From: Candidatus Cloacimonadales bacterium | Lineage (GTDB): Bacteria > Cloacimonadota > Cloacimonadia > Cloacimonadales > JAFGVF01 | Reading direction: 5' to 3' | Length of the DNA stretch: 64,000 bases | Assembly (NCBI GenBank): GCA_963678315.1 | Contig: OY782781.1 | Span: 1,952,001 to 2,016,000 of the forward strand | In this document: one piece after another, positions 1 to 10,722 of the stretch | Layout of the letters: each line of letters opens with the position of its first letter | How positions within the stretch are numbered: the stretch's first letter is position 1 | Translations under genes and position numbers: made by a program | Notes under the pieces: generated by a model | What the model was told of the DNA's origin: nothing | What the model saw: the letters and a program-made list of their open reading frames with translations, nothing else | Databases searched by the model: none

Positions 1-8
1 TTTTTCAA

Positions 9-974
9 TTAAAACCTCTGTGTGAAAAATAACATTGGTGTTAGTTTGTTATTTTGCATAGTAGCATAGTAGTTAACATCAAAAGACTTTTGGCTAAGAT
101 AGTTTTTATTATGTTTCTTTACTGCAAAATAAGCATCTACTGCGGATACTGCTCTATTTAATAACATTCCAAAAACAAAGTTTTCAGCTGTATCGAATTG
201 TTTTTGTGCGTCTTTTCTCATGCTAATGTATCTTTCTCTATATGCTGAATAAGGAGCATCGTAAGAATTATCATCAGATCCATTCTCAATGAAGTCTTCA
301 TTAACAATTGAGAAACCTAGAAGTCTATGATTATTGTCATCTGAAGACCAAGTAATATCAGGATTAGAAAAATTATCAAGCATGAAATTACCTGTATCTT
401 CATTCTCAGGATTAAAATTATGAGCGTATAACTCATACCAGTCAACCCAACCATAAACATACTTGTCGTATTTACCAACATCTTCGTAGAAGTGCTGAGT
501 ATTACCTTCATCAAGCCTGTATAGTCCTTGACCTGTTGCATAATCATAATCGTATATATCGTTTTCATTCACATCAGAAATATATTCTTGAACAATCTTC
601 TGGAAGTCTCTGTTATATCTAGGTCCATCATAAATAACGTTGCCAGTCTGGTCTAATAGAGTAATATTCTCACCATTAACGTATTTTTCATAATCTTTTT
701 CTTGGTCATGACCTTTATTATCATAATAGTAATATCCATAAACTAGAGCTGCATCAATGATAGGGAACAGATAGCTATGCCATCTTGTATGGTCAGCATA
801 AACAGAACCAGCACCTGGTACAATTAATGACATGAGAATAGCAAGTTTAGCACTCTTTTTATCATAATTAACTTCAATAATATCATTCTCTAATTCTAGA
901 TTATCGATGCTTGGTGTACTATTCAGAATCATCATTGATATTAATATAATGATTAATAATGTAGCTTTTTTCAT
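9..974 (-). CDS. Hypothetical exported/outer-membrane protein (DUF5683-like)
   Basis: Signal-peptide-like N-terminus, KSAKLAILMSLIVPGAGSVY motif, C-terminal aromatic beta-signal (FFTQRF); last gene of the porV operon within the window. Confidence 0.55.
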   Translation of the reverse strand: MKKATLLIIILISMMILNSTPSIDNLELENDIIEVNYDKKSAKLAILMSLIVPGAGSVYADHTRWHSYLFPIIDAALVYGYYYYDNKGHDQEKDYEKYVNGENITLLDQTGNVIYDGPRYNRDFQKIVQEYISDVNENDIYDYDYATGQGLYRLDEGNTQHFYEDVGKYDKYVYGWVDWYELYAHNFNPENEDTGNFMLDNFSNPDITWSSDDNNHRLLGFSIVNEDFIENGSDDNSYDAPYSAYRERYISMRKDAQKQFDTAENFVFGMLLNRAVSAVDAYFAVKKHNKNYLSQKSFDVNYYATMQNNKLTPMLFFTQRF

Positions 975-982
975 ATAACCTC

Positions 983-3900
983 CTACTTAATTACAGCGAA
1001 TTTAAACTTCTTAGTTTTAGTAGCACTTACTAGTCCCCAATATACTCCTGAAGAATATTTACTAGTATCAATAATTCTGTCTACATGGTCAAAATTATTG
1101 TTCTCTACAATAAATTCATCTAATTTCTTACCAGAAATACTGTATATTCTTACCTGGCAATTATGAGAGTCCATACCTTTTATTCTAAGAGTAGCATGAT
1201 AATCTTTCACTGGATTAGGAAAGACATAGGCATCAAACTCGATTGAATTATCGATAGGAACATCTTCTTGCTCAAAAGTATAACATCTATTGAGATTATT
1301 ATTATCTGGATCCCATAATATTGATTCAATAGGCATTATAGAGTTAGTCCAATTTATTGTAATTGAATTTTCAAATCTATTTAACTGATATAGTTTATCT
1401 GAAATAACATCATAAGAGAACTTTTTATCTAAAGAATTATTCTTAATAGAATATCTATCAACTATTTTGTTGGTATTTATGTTATAAGCCATCAAATTAG
1501 TCTCATCTACAGGTAGATAGATTATGTTACTTAAGTCATCTTTATTCATGTAAGATAAATCATAGACTTTGATATCTCTTTCTTGAGTAAATGTATTATC
1601 AAAGAAATTTCTTGGGAAATTGTACAAGAATGTGCCATCAAGATAAAGAGCATATAAGATGTTTTGATTTGCAACTAGTATAACAGGAATATCATCTTTT
1701 TCCATTAATGCAATGTTTGCGGATTTACCACTGAATAATTCTGAGAAATCATAAACAAGGTCAATAAGGTTATCATGATATATGTATAGCTGATTATTGT
1801 CTGTTAGGAATAATATGCTGTTAATCTCTTGGTCATCACCTTTAAACTGGAATGCTATTGGGTGATTATGGCTAACTGAAGAAGGTAGCTCTACTTCAAT
1901 AATGTCTGTAATGAAGTCTGAACCAATCTCCTTGATAAAGAACTTTGTGTTATCAAACAATACTAAAGAATTGTTGTTACCTAATATATAGTTTGATACA
2001 AGCGGGATAACATCATAGTTGAATGTATTATCTGAAATTCTATAATCAAACACTAAGGTGCTTTCATTTGTTGGGATAACAATTCTATTGTTCACTATGA
2101 TTGGTTGAGCAATTATATCTGCAGGAAGATCAAAACTATTAACTGAATTATTTGCATAAACATAAAACTTGTTCTTAGAGAAAAGTATTATTTCATCATT
2201 TTCATCAGCATTTAAATCAATAATTATATTGTTATATTTCAAATTATCAAAATTAAAAGGTATAGTGTTTGAGTAATCAAAACTACCAGTTTCCTCTGGA
2301 AGATAATAAATATCGATACCACGCTCTCTTATGGCAGCTATTTCTGGTTGTTTGGTTAGTCCATTAATAAAGCCTGAATATCCTAGAAACTCTCCATTGT
2401 CAGAATCATTGAAAATGATATTTGATGAATGTTGGTAAACTTCTGACCCGAAAGAGAAAGACATTGTTGCCCCAGAATTAGATATGTTGAAGATACCTAA
2501 GGACGAAATATTCCCAAAAGAATCTTCTAAAGGAGGATTTGATATTCCATTTAATGCATCATTATGAATATCGGTTGATGACCATTCTGTAAAGTAGGTT
2601 GCACCAAGAGTATCAATTAATACAGGCATATTCTTGAAATAGTATTCGGAAGCAGTACCGGTCCACCATCTTGCATAAATATTTCCGATATCAGGAATAT
2701 CATCTGCTTCGATAATTTCAACACCTCTATTGTAATATGATGTATTGATATAGTTATTCTGGAAATTAGAAACAAAGTTACCTTCTGAATCAGTTGTACC
2801 TTGATTATAAAGTATGTCCTCATTGACTTTCCAAACTAAAAGACCTCCACCTACAGCATCTCCGTATTCTGAAATATAGGAAGGTAGTAAATAGTCATAT
2901 TCAAGAGTAGGGGAGTTGTTATCATCATAGATACCAGTAGGATAGAGTGAGATTCTACCATCTAATGATGAATGAATAGCTGCACCACCGTCACCATCAG
3001 GGTCAACAGATTTGTTCTCAATAAGAATATATTCATTATTATTTAACTGATATTTATATATATAAGGGTTAGAATCATGATTATGTTTCTGTTCAGCACA
3101 ATCAATGAGTATATTATCTATATCAGACAAAGATTCTAAATCTTTAAGAATGTTATTATCTCTAAATTGCTGTTCAAACATAAGCTCTTTTGAAAAAGCA
3201 CCTGGTAAAGCAGGCAATGCCCCTTCAATAGCAACAATTTTACCTGTTTCACTATCTTGGTAATTTGCTTCAGTACCACCACCTGAATCCATTATGTCAA
3301 AGGCTCCTACTTCAGGTTGGAAACTATTTACAGCATATAAATCCACTAATCCCATAGAATGACCAAACTCGTGGAACATAACCCCATTTAGTGCCCCGTA
3401 ACCTGTAACAATAGTATATTCACCACTCTGATATTCTTGTATATCCTGAGTAATTGTTTCTGGAATATTACAAGCATGATCAATTTTAAAGTCTCCATCA
3501 ACTACAGCCTCTTTTCCAGTTCCTACTCTAATGAAAAAAGAAGGAATATCAACAGGGGAATCATATAATACATCGTGTTGCCAATCAGAACCAGCGTGGA
3601 TAATCATATAATGATCATATTCTGAAAAAACTATTTCAGGATCTTCACTATCTGCAAGCTCAAGTGATTCTTTAAAATACTCTTCCATTTTAGATACAAA
3701 AACATCACCAGAAGCCCCTACTGGGTTATAATATGACATTTGTTGAGATAAAGTGTAACAGCTTTTATCTTTAGGCCATATATCCCATTCTAAATCAAAC
3801 GTTCCGAGACTTGCAGCGCTATAATAATACTTCATTGCAAGAGCCATCTCATTATAGTATTCTTGATTATGAGGTGGTTTAGAAATATTTGGAATATAGT

Positions 3901-4183
3901 TTGCTGGTACTTCCATTTGGAATTGGCCATTACCTGTAGAATTAGGGTCATCCACAACTTCTTCTTGGAAGCCAATGAGTAATATTAAAAGTCTATTATT
4001 ATCACTGCTTATTTTATCTCTTCTTTGCCCATCTTTTTTAATTGAACTCAAAGCTTGTTCCATTGGATGAATCTTTTTATTGTTTATTGAATTATCATGC
4101 TGTATTGGAACTATCTTTGTAGAAAAGGCAAATTGGGGAATAATCCCCAATATTACCATTAATAAAATTGTATATCTTTTCAT
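983..4183 (-). CDS. Secreted M6 (immune inhibitor A-like) zinc metalloprotease with T9SS-type C-terminal sorting domain
   Basis: IIHAG, HEFGHSMGLVDLY zinc motif, DIMDSG Met-turn, YILIEN; C-terminal VFPNP...YSISGK...SGVY...KFAVIK. Confidence 0.8.
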   Translation of the reverse strand: MKRYTILLMVILGIIPQFAFSTKIVPIQHDNSINNKKIHPMEQALSSIKKDGQRRDKISSDNNRLLILLIGFQEEVVDDPNSTGNGQFQMEVPANYIPNISKPPHNQEYYNEMALAMKYYYSAASLGTFDLEWDIWPKDKSCYTLSQQMSYYNPVGASGDVFVSKMEEYFKESLELADSEDPEIVFSEYDHYMIIHAGSDWQHDVLYDSPVDIPSFFIRVGTGKEAVVDGDFKIDHACNIPETITQDIQEYQSGEYTIVTGYGALNGVMFHEFGHSMGLVDLYAVNSFQPEVGAFDIMDSGGGTEANYQDSETGKIVAIEGALPALPGAFSKELMFEQQFRDNNILKDLESLSDIDNILIDCAEQKHNHDSNPYIYKYQLNNNEYILIENKSVDPDGDGGAAIHSSLDGRISLYPTGIYDDNNSPTLEYDYLLPSYISEYGDAVGGGLLVWKVNEDILYNQGTTDSEGNFVSNFQNNYINTSYYNRGVEIIEADDIPDIGNIYARWWTGTASEYYFKNMPVLIDTLGATYFTEWSSTDIHNDALNGISNPPLEDSFGNISSLGIFNISNSGATMSFSFGSEVYQHSSNIIFNDSDNGEFLGYSGFINGLTKQPEIAAIRERGIDIYYLPEETGSFDYSNTIPFNFDNLKYNNIIIDLNADENDEIILFSKNKFYVYANNSVNSFDLPADIIAQPIIVNNRIVIPTNESTLVFDYRISDNTFNYDVIPLVSNYILGNNNSLVLFDNTKFFIKEIGSDFITDIIEVELPSSVSHNHPIAFQFKGDDQEINSILFLTDNNQLYIYHDNLIDLVYDFSELFSGKSANIALMEKDDIPVILVANQNILYALYLDGTFLYNFPRNFFDNTFTQERDIKVYDLSYMNKDDLSNIIYLPVDETNLMAYNINTNKIVDRYSIKNNSLDKKFSYDVISDKLYQLNRFENSITINWTNSIMPIESILWDPDNNNLNRCYTFEQEDVPIDNSIEFDAYVFPNPVKDYHATLRIKGMDSHNCQVRIYSISGKKLDEFIVENNNFDHVDRIIDTSKYSSGVYWGLVSATKTKKFKFAVIK

Positions 4184-4206
4184 AGATTAATCGAATACTT
4201 ATTTAT

Positions 4207-5259
4207 TTAGAATTCAAGACTTAATGAGAAAGTCTTGTTGTAATCAGTTAACTCACCACCTTGTTGCATAGCAAAGTCAGCAGAAAGTTTGTATTTATTT
4301 TGGAAAGTATAGTGAATACCTGCACCGAATGATGGTCCAACAATTTCACCAGCTTTATCGTTAACATATCCACCACGTAGTGATAGCAATTGTAAATAGG
4401 TATATTCAACACCAGCATTGTAGATATAGTTATCATCGTCCCAGTCAGAGATTAATCGTGTTAAAACACCATCTTCATTAGCAAGTACTTTGTTAACATC
4501 GGCGTTGATTCTAACATCAGAAAACTCATCATTCCAAGCATTGTATGATAGACCTGTTCTAAAGTTCATAGGTAGAGGGTCATCTTGAGCATCATCTACA
4601 TAAGTGATATCTGGACCAACGTTTTGTAGGTTAAGTCCCCAAGATAATTCGCCAATCATAGGATTATCTAAAGCAAGGTATTCTAGAATATCTCTGCATT
4701 TAACTGCAAAGTCGAAAGCGAAAGTCATTCCTTCACCTTTACTATCTGTGTTACCTGTACCAGGGCCTAAATCAGATCTGATGAATTTAAAGTTAGAACC
4801 TAATCCCCAGTTTTCATCAACTTGGTAGCCGTATGAAAAAGCTGCTGCAAAGGCATAAGAATCGAAAGTTCCAAGATCTTCATTGTTTTCACCTGTTTGT
4901 TGTTGTGAGCCTAGATTCATGAATTGTACAAAGAAACCAATGTTTCCAATTTCGGGATAGTAGTTGTTCCAGCTTAAGAATTCATAATATATGTCATCAA
5001 TACCAGAATCTTGTAACCAGTTAGTATGCATTCCTGCAATTTGATTTTTTCTGTTAAATGCCATACTTCCCGGATTCCAATATGTTGCATAACCGTCATC
5101 GGCTTGGGCTACGAAAGCTTCGCCCATACCACCAGGTCTTGAACCTGGAACAATCAGCATCCAAACTAAAGCTTCTTCTGAAACAGCACTAAGAATTGTA
5201 GGTAGAGTAACTAAAAGAGCTAATATACCAATTACAATCTTATTTCTTGATCTTAACAT
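4207..5259 (-). CDS. porV: PorV/PorQ-family outer-membrane beta-barrel (T9SS shuttle-like)
   Basis: L.I.PGSRPGGMGEAFVA.ADD..ATYWNP, HTNWL, LQNVGP.ITY, DPLPMNFR, terminal LSLEF; GGAGG RBS. Confidence 0.8.
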   Translation of the reverse strand: MLRSRNKIVIGILALLVTLPTILSAVSEEALVWMLIVPGSRPGGMGEAFVAQADDGYATYWNPGSMAFNRKNQIAGMHTNWLQDSGIDDIYYEFLSWNNYYPEIGNIGFFVQFMNLGSQQQTGENNEDLGTFDSYAFAAAFSYGYQVDENWGLGSNFKFIRSDLGPGTGNTDSKGEGMTFAFDFAVKCRDILEYLALDNPMIGELSWGLNLQNVGPDITYVDDAQDDPLPMNFRTGLSYNAWNDEFSDVRINADVNKVLANEDGVLTRLISDWDDDNYIYNAGVEYTYLQLLSLRGGYVNDKAGEIVGPSFGAGIHYTFQNKYKLSADFAMQQGGELTDYNKTFSLSLEF

Positions 5260-5403
5260 CTATTTCCTCCAACATTATTATCTGTGATAATTAATATAGT
5301 GTAGTTTATCTAATAAACCACATTTCTTCAAAAATGTCTAAAATAAAAAATAGTCAAGAAAATTAGCAATTATTTCTTCTCTTACTCCTAAGTTATAAGT
5401 TTA

Positions 5404-5490
5404 TGGTGCCGAAGGCCGGACTCGAACCGGCACGAGCATATACTCGGAGGATTTTGAATCCACTGCGTCTACCAATTTCACCACTCCGGC
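5404..5490 (-). tRNA. tRNA-Leu (anticodon CAA)
   Basis: Reverse complement folds as a class II cloverleaf: acceptor GCCGGAG/CTTCGGC, anticodon loop TTCAAAA, long variable arm, GTTCGAGTC T-loop, encoded CCA. Confidence 0.97.
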
Positions 5491-5598
5491 ACTTAATCCC
5501 TTTTATTCCTCAACAATAATGTGTCAAGAAAAAATAAGCTAGAATACACTATTTAGCTCCGAAATGCAATTGTTGTTTTGCAATTAAGTTTTAGCTAA

Positions 5599-8500
5599 TT
5601 AAGATTTTAATATATCCAAATAATCTTTTAAAATCTCAAGTGCAATCTCAATAATTGTTCTTTTCTTTAAAGTCTTAACATTGAATATTATTGAAAATTT
5701 ATCTGTAGTTTCGAATTTTACAGGATAAGATACAGTGCTAATAAGCTTCATAACCTGACTTCGAGGAGGTGTTTTCTCACTAGGGTATTCTAAAACAACA
5801 GTTCTGTTTTTTATGTTACATGAAGAAAGTCCAAGCTTATTGGCAAGTAATCTTAGTTCAAAATAGTTGATAGCATGCTTAGCTTCAACAGGCAACTTTC
5901 CGAATCTATCAATCAATTCTTCTTGTAACTCATTGAATTCTTCGGTTGTTTCAAGTTCCTTCATTCTTCTGTAAAGATTAATTCTTTCTTTCTCATCAGA
6001 TATATAAGATTCAGGGAAATAGAAATCTACTTTAATTTTTAATGCTTCTAGGTTTTCACGTTTTTCATTCTCTTCAAAAATCTTGTTTTTGTTATTATCA
6101 ATATTCTCCATGGCTTCTCTAAGGAGTCTATTATAATAATTGAAGCCTACTGATTTGATAGTTCCCGATTGCTTTGTACCAAGCAAAGAACCTGCTCCTC
6201 GAATCTCTAAATCTCTGAGAGCTATTTGATATCCCGCACCTAAGTAGTCATATTCAGTTAAAGCATTAAGCCTTTCCCTTGCATCAAAAGATATATTCTC
6301 AGGAATTAGGAAATAGGCATAAGCACGTCTATTAGATCTTCCTACTCGACCTCTAATTTGATATAATTGAGCAAGACCGAATGTATCTGCTCGATTAACA
6401 ATCATGGTATTGGCATTAGGGATATCAATACCGTTTTCAATGATAGTGGTCGATACTAGAACATCAAATTTGTGTTGATAGAAATCAATAATCAATTGTT
6501 CAAGTTGCTTGCCAGACATTTGACCGTGACCTATTCTGAAATTGACATCTGGCAGTAGTGCTTCTAGGTTAGATGTTATAGTTCTAATAGTTGAAACTCT
6601 ATTATGTAGAAAGAATACTTGCCCTCCTCTATCAACTTCTCGTCGAATAGCATCTTTAATAACCTCATCATCAAAAGGAGAAACTATAGTCCTGACAGGT
6701 AATCTCTCTTTTGGAGATGTTTTTATCAATGATATATCTTTTAGCTTTGAAAGCGCCATTGATAGTGTTCTAGGTATAGGCGTTGCTGACATGTATAGTG
6801 TGTCAACATTGGATTTAAGCTGTCTAATCTTTTCTTTTTGTCTAACTCCAAATCTATGTTCTTCATCTACTATTAGCAAACCTAAACGCTTAAAAGCAAC
6901 GTCTTTGGAAAGAAGTCTGTGTGTTCCGATAGCAATATCAACTGAACCTTCTGAGATATCGATAATTTCTTGTTTCAATCTTCTAGGAGATCTAAATCTT
7001 GAAAGCATAGCAATTTTAACAGGGTACTGAGCTAATCTTTCTCTAAATACAATATAATGCTGTTCCGCTAAAAGTGTTGTAGGAACCAGAACTGCAACTT
7101 GATAACCACTCATTACAGCCTTAAAAGCTGCACGTATTGCTACTTCAGTTTTACCAAAACCAACATCACCACACAGTAGTCTTTCCATACTGATAGGTGA
7201 TTCCATATCTTCTTTAATCTCTTTAGTAGCTTGCAATTGATCGTGGGTCTCTTCATATAGAAAAGCATCTTCCATTTCAATTTGCCAATTGTTATCTGGT
7301 TCATGAGCAAGACCTATTCTCATTTTACGTTCAGCATATAAATCTAAGATATCTTGGGCTATCAGCTCAATTTGCGATTTAGCTTTTTTCTTTTGGTTAT
7401 TCCATTTCTTAGAACCTATTTTATGAACTGCAGGTTCTGAACCTTCATCAGCGATGTATTTACTAATTAACTGTATTTGAAAAGTAGGAACATAAATTCT
7501 ATCTCCACCAGCATAATTTAGCACCAAGCAGTCTATATTATTACCATCAATTAGCATTCTTTTGAGAGATTCAAAAATACCTATTCCATGGTCTATATGA
7601 ACAACATAATCTCCTGGATTTAGTGAGTCGTAATCTACTAATGATTCTTTCTTGGAGAACTTAGATTTGTAATGTTTGGCTTCATACCTATTATAAATAT
7701 CATGATCAGTGTATAGAATTAACTTCTGTTCTGGAAGCTCAAATCCATCTTTTAGTACACCAGTAATAAAAGAAATTTTATCAGCAACATTTGAAAGAAG
7801 TTCTTGCATTCTCTTTGATTGACTACTATTATCTGATTGAATGAAAATATTATATCTATACTCTATGTATTTATTAAGATTATCTTCAAACTTAACAAAA
7901 TCTGCATTGAATTTTTCGATTGAGTTGAAGTTTAGGGTCATGCTATTGGATTTAATCTCAAGTTTTTGAGAAGATCTTTCTAAGAAAATAGAATGTTTAG
8001 TTTTGATTACAGAATGTATATAATTGTAGTCTTGAAATAGCTTGTTTGGTTCAGCAACAATTGCATCTTTATCTTTAGCCTTAACTCTTTGGTATAGCTG
8101 GTTTGTTTCGTTAAATATTTCTATTGAATCCCCTTTAACATATTGGAACTCATCCCAGAATATGCTTGTGTTGGCACTAAAGTAATCTATGAGTGTTTGA
8201 CAATTGTTGTAGAATAAAGTTACATCTTGCTCTATACCTTCATAGAATCCATCTTCAGTAATTTTTTCTTGTAAGGGGGATTTACCATCAATATCATGTA
8301 GTGAAATCTCTCTTACAGGCAGAAGTTCTACACTCGAAACTTCTAACTTCTGAGATTTTTGTGATTGAGGGGAGAAGAATCTTATAGTTTCAATCTCATC
8401 ACCAAAGAAGTCTATTCTTAAGGGTAGTGAATGATTTGGAGAATAGACATCTATAATACCACCTCTTTTTGAAGCTTGTCCTACTTTACCTACTTGAAAG

Positions 8501-9003
8501 TCTATTTCATATCCCAAGCCAGAAAGTTCAGATAATAGTACTTCAGGGTCATATTCTTGTCCTACCTTGATATGTTTGACACTATTTAAAAGCAAATCAG
8601 AGTTGATTATATTGCGAAGAGCTGTCCTTAAGGAGCAGATGTAAATATTTTTACTATTCTTATCAATTATTTTTGCTAAAGCACTTAATCTTAATGCCCT
8701 GATATTTGAATGTGGGGAACGCTTTTCATAGGGGAGAGTCTCATAATCAGGAATAAAGTAAATATGTTCAGATGATACAAGTACTTCAAGAGAATTTTGA
8801 AAGTCTTCAGCAAGCTTATCATCAGAAACAACCACAAGAATATTATTATCATTTTTGTAGAAAGAATCAGCTATGGCCAAAGTCTTTAGAGATTTATTTA
8901 AGTTGGCTAGTTCAATATTTGATTTTGAAGTAAAACTTTTATTTAGTTCTTTGAAGAATTTATTATTTGTTACATAAGGTTCAATTTTCTGGTAAAACAT
9001 CAT
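5599..9003 (-). CDS. mfd: Transcription-repair coupling factor
   Basis: UvrB-homology region, GDYVVHIDHGIG RID, GDVGFGKTEVA, DEEHRFGV, SATPIPRT, QIRGRVGRS, TRCF C-terminus. Confidence 0.98.
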   Translation of the reverse strand: MMFYQKIEPYVTNNKFFKELNKSFTSKSNIELANLNKSLKTLAIADSFYKNDNNILVVVSDDKLAEDFQNSLEVLVSSEHIYFIPDYETLPYEKRSPHSNIRALRLSALAKIIDKNSKNIYICSLRTALRNIINSDLLLNSVKHIKVGQEYDPEVLLSELSGLGYEIDFQVGKVGQASKRGGIIDVYSPNHSLPLRIDFFGDEIETIRFFSPQSQKSQKLEVSSVELLPVREISLHDIDGKSPLQEKITEDGFYEGIEQDVTLFYNNCQTLIDYFSANTSIFWDEFQYVKGDSIEIFNETNQLYQRVKAKDKDAIVAEPNKLFQDYNYIHSVIKTKHSIFLERSSQKLEIKSNSMTLNFNSIEKFNADFVKFEDNLNKYIEYRYNIFIQSDNSSQSKRMQELLSNVADKISFITGVLKDGFELPEQKLILYTDHDIYNRYEAKHYKSKFSKKESLVDYDSLNPGDYVVHIDHGIGIFESLKRMLIDGNNIDCLVLNYAGGDRIYVPTFQIQLISKYIADEGSEPAVHKIGSKKWNNQKKKAKSQIELIAQDILDLYAERKMRIGLAHEPDNNWQIEMEDAFLYEETHDQLQATKEIKEDMESPISMERLLCGDVGFGKTEVAIRAAFKAVMSGYQVAVLVPTTLLAEQHYIVFRERLAQYPVKIAMLSRFRSPRRLKQEIIDISEGSVDIAIGTHRLLSKDVAFKRLGLLIVDEEHRFGVRQKEKIRQLKSNVDTLYMSATPIPRTLSMALSKLKDISLIKTSPKERLPVRTIVSPFDDEVIKDAIRREVDRGGQVFFLHNRVSTIRTITSNLEALLPDVNFRIGHGQMSGKQLEQLIIDFYQHKFDVLVSTTIIENGIDIPNANTMIVNRADTFGLAQLYQIRGRVGRSNRRAYAYFLIPENISFDARERLNALTEYDYLGAGYQIALRDLEIRGAGSLLGTKQSGTIKSVGFNYYNRLLREAMENIDNNKNKIFEENEKRENLEALKIKVDFYFPESYISDEKERINLYRRMKELETTEEFNELQEELIDRFGKLPVEAKHAINYFELRLLANKLGLSSCNIKNRTVVLEYPSEKTPPRSQVMKLISTVSYPVKFETTDKFSIIFNVKTLKKRTIIEIALEILKDYLDILKS

Positions 9004-9032
9004 TCCCCCGAATCTACTTGTTATTTAATCTT

Positions 9033-10496
9033 TTATTTTATCAATAGAATTTTGTGGCTTAGGCTGAATCTATCATTCTTAAGAACAGTAAAATATAAGC
9101 CTGATGAAACTGGTTTATCATTATTATCACGACCATCCCAAGTAAAAGTCTTATCATTGATTTGATTCTGAGTTAGCTTAATTGACTTGACAGATTGGCC
9201 TTTAAGGTTGTAAATATTAACTTGCTTAATATTATCTATTCTAGAGTAATTAATATTTATAGTATTTTTAAAAGGATTAGGATAAGATATTATAGTATCA
9301 TCCTCCAAAACAGCTTCTGTATCACTAATTGAAGTTAATTCTATTGAAATATTTTCCGTGAACTCATTAGCATCAGCTATAAATCTATTCAAAACCCAAG
9401 CAATTTCATTTATATCTGTTTCTTCCTCTGTCCAGTCTTCATAGTAGTCATAAAAATCTTCAAATAAATCTTCTTCATGATTCTCAATTGATTCAAGTAA
9501 AGAGAAACCGTTATTTTGAACAAAGTAGGATGTGTTTAGATATCCATTATTTGCTTGATTCCAAAAGAGACTTACTAGATTACTTGAAGCTGAAGATATT
9601 TCATTTGCAAGAGTGAAGTCATAATTCATGAATGGGAATACTGGAAAGAGAACCGAGGTTAAAGGGTTTCCCATAGCTATCCATAGTGTTGTGAACTTAG
9701 GGTTTACTCCAGGTGGGACCCCTTCGATAATAATTGCAGATATTGACCTATCCCTACAAATACTGTTACTCGTGTTGACTATAGGAGTTAAATCACCAAA
9801 ACTATAGGGTAACTCAACTTCTGTTCCATTAATATCTGCAATGTCTCTTAACATCTCATTGATAATATTTTGACTTGTTAAATCATCTTCTAAAATTAGA
9901 TTGTTAACTATTGTGTTAGCTCTAAAATATCTTTCCATACCAGAAGTTCCTCCACCATTGATGGAAAAGTTTGTTCTGATAATTGTATTATTTTCTACGT
10001 CATCAGTGTCATAAACCCAGAAGTTTGAATTACTAATTTCAAACATTTTACTAGTACCTTGAGCATCAAAAACAGCAAAATTTCCTCTCAGTTCTAAATC
10101 AGAAAAAATATCATGAACTAGGCTTATGTATTGCTCAAATTCATCTACACTACTAACAGCAGCTAAGGCGTTTCTTATCAAATTCCCATTATTGAAGTTG
10201 CCGTTACCTTCTGTTAAATCTGCTGAAAAAGAATTAACTATTGCAAATCCAGCTTCGTTAGCTCCCATCCAAATTCTATCATCGCCAGGATTTGTTACCC
10301 CAATATAAGAATACCTTCCTCCCTCAAAAAAACTTATATTGTTAGTGCTATATGACGTAACATCCCTAATCTTCCAGACCATTGGGACTTCTCTTTCAGT
10401 AACATCAGCTGATGATACTCCAATAGTGCAGGTATAAGCAAAACTAGCACTTATAATCAATAATAGCGTTAAAACAGTTTTGAGTTTATTGAGCAT
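9033..10496 (-). CDS. Secreted Ntn-hydrolase (C45/C69-like) with FlgD-Ig/T9SS-type CTD
   Basis: Signal peptide followed by Cys23 (AYT-CTIGV), WKIRD, MGANEAGFAIVNS, RTNFS; C-terminal YPNPF...YNLKGQ...WDGRD...SSGLYF. Confidence 0.7.
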   Translation of the reverse strand: MLNKLKTVLTLLLIISASFAYTCTIGVSSADVTEREVPMVWKIRDVTSYSTNNISFFEGGRYSYIGVTNPGDDRIWMGANEAGFAIVNSFSADLTEGNGNFNNGNLIRNALAAVSSVDEFEQYISLVHDIFSDLELRGNFAVFDAQGTSKMFEISNSNFWVYDTDDVENNTIIRTNFSINGGGTSGMERYFRANTIVNNLILEDDLTSQNIINEMLRDIADINGTEVELPYSFGDLTPIVNTSNSICRDRSISAIIIEGVPPGVNPKFTTLWIAMGNPLTSVLFPVFPFMNYDFTLANEISSASSNLVSLFWNQANNGYLNTSYFVQNNGFSLLESIENHEEDLFEDFYDYYEDWTEEETDINEIAWVLNRFIADANEFTENISIELTSISDTEAVLEDDTIISYPNPFKNTININYSRIDNIKQVNIYNLKGQSVKSIKLTQNQINDKTFTWDGRDNNDKPVSSGLYFTVLKNDRFSLSHKILLIK

Positions 10497-10683
10497 AAAT
10501 ATCCTTTATTCAATATCATAAACCTATTTGATGCAGTAGGCTTCTTGTTAATAATGCAGATTCTTACCATTCTAGAAGTTCTACTGTATTAGATGGGTTA
10601 AATACTAATTTAATAATATTATGATATATGACAAGATATAAATTGGGAAACATACATTGCTTATTCAAGCTACTAACTTGCAA

Positions 10684-10706
10684 ACAGCGTTCAGCTAGAA
10701 CGCTGT
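10684..10706 (-). terminator. Hairpin downstream of the ABC operon (probable terminator)
   Basis: ACAGCGTTC-agcta-GAACGCTGT 9-bp stem just past the stop at 10723. Confidence 0.5.
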
Positions 10707-10722
10707 CACAAGTAGTTTTTAT

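Noticed and set aside
5404..5600. tRNA as the integration site of a genomic island
   Set aside because: No integrase and no duplicated tRNA 3' end seen in the window; the flanks look like core genes
6542..7030. 162-aa antisense ORF in mfd, and the other short ORFs antisense or out of frame within long genes
   Set aside because: Shadow ORFs of well-conserved genes with no independent coding evidence
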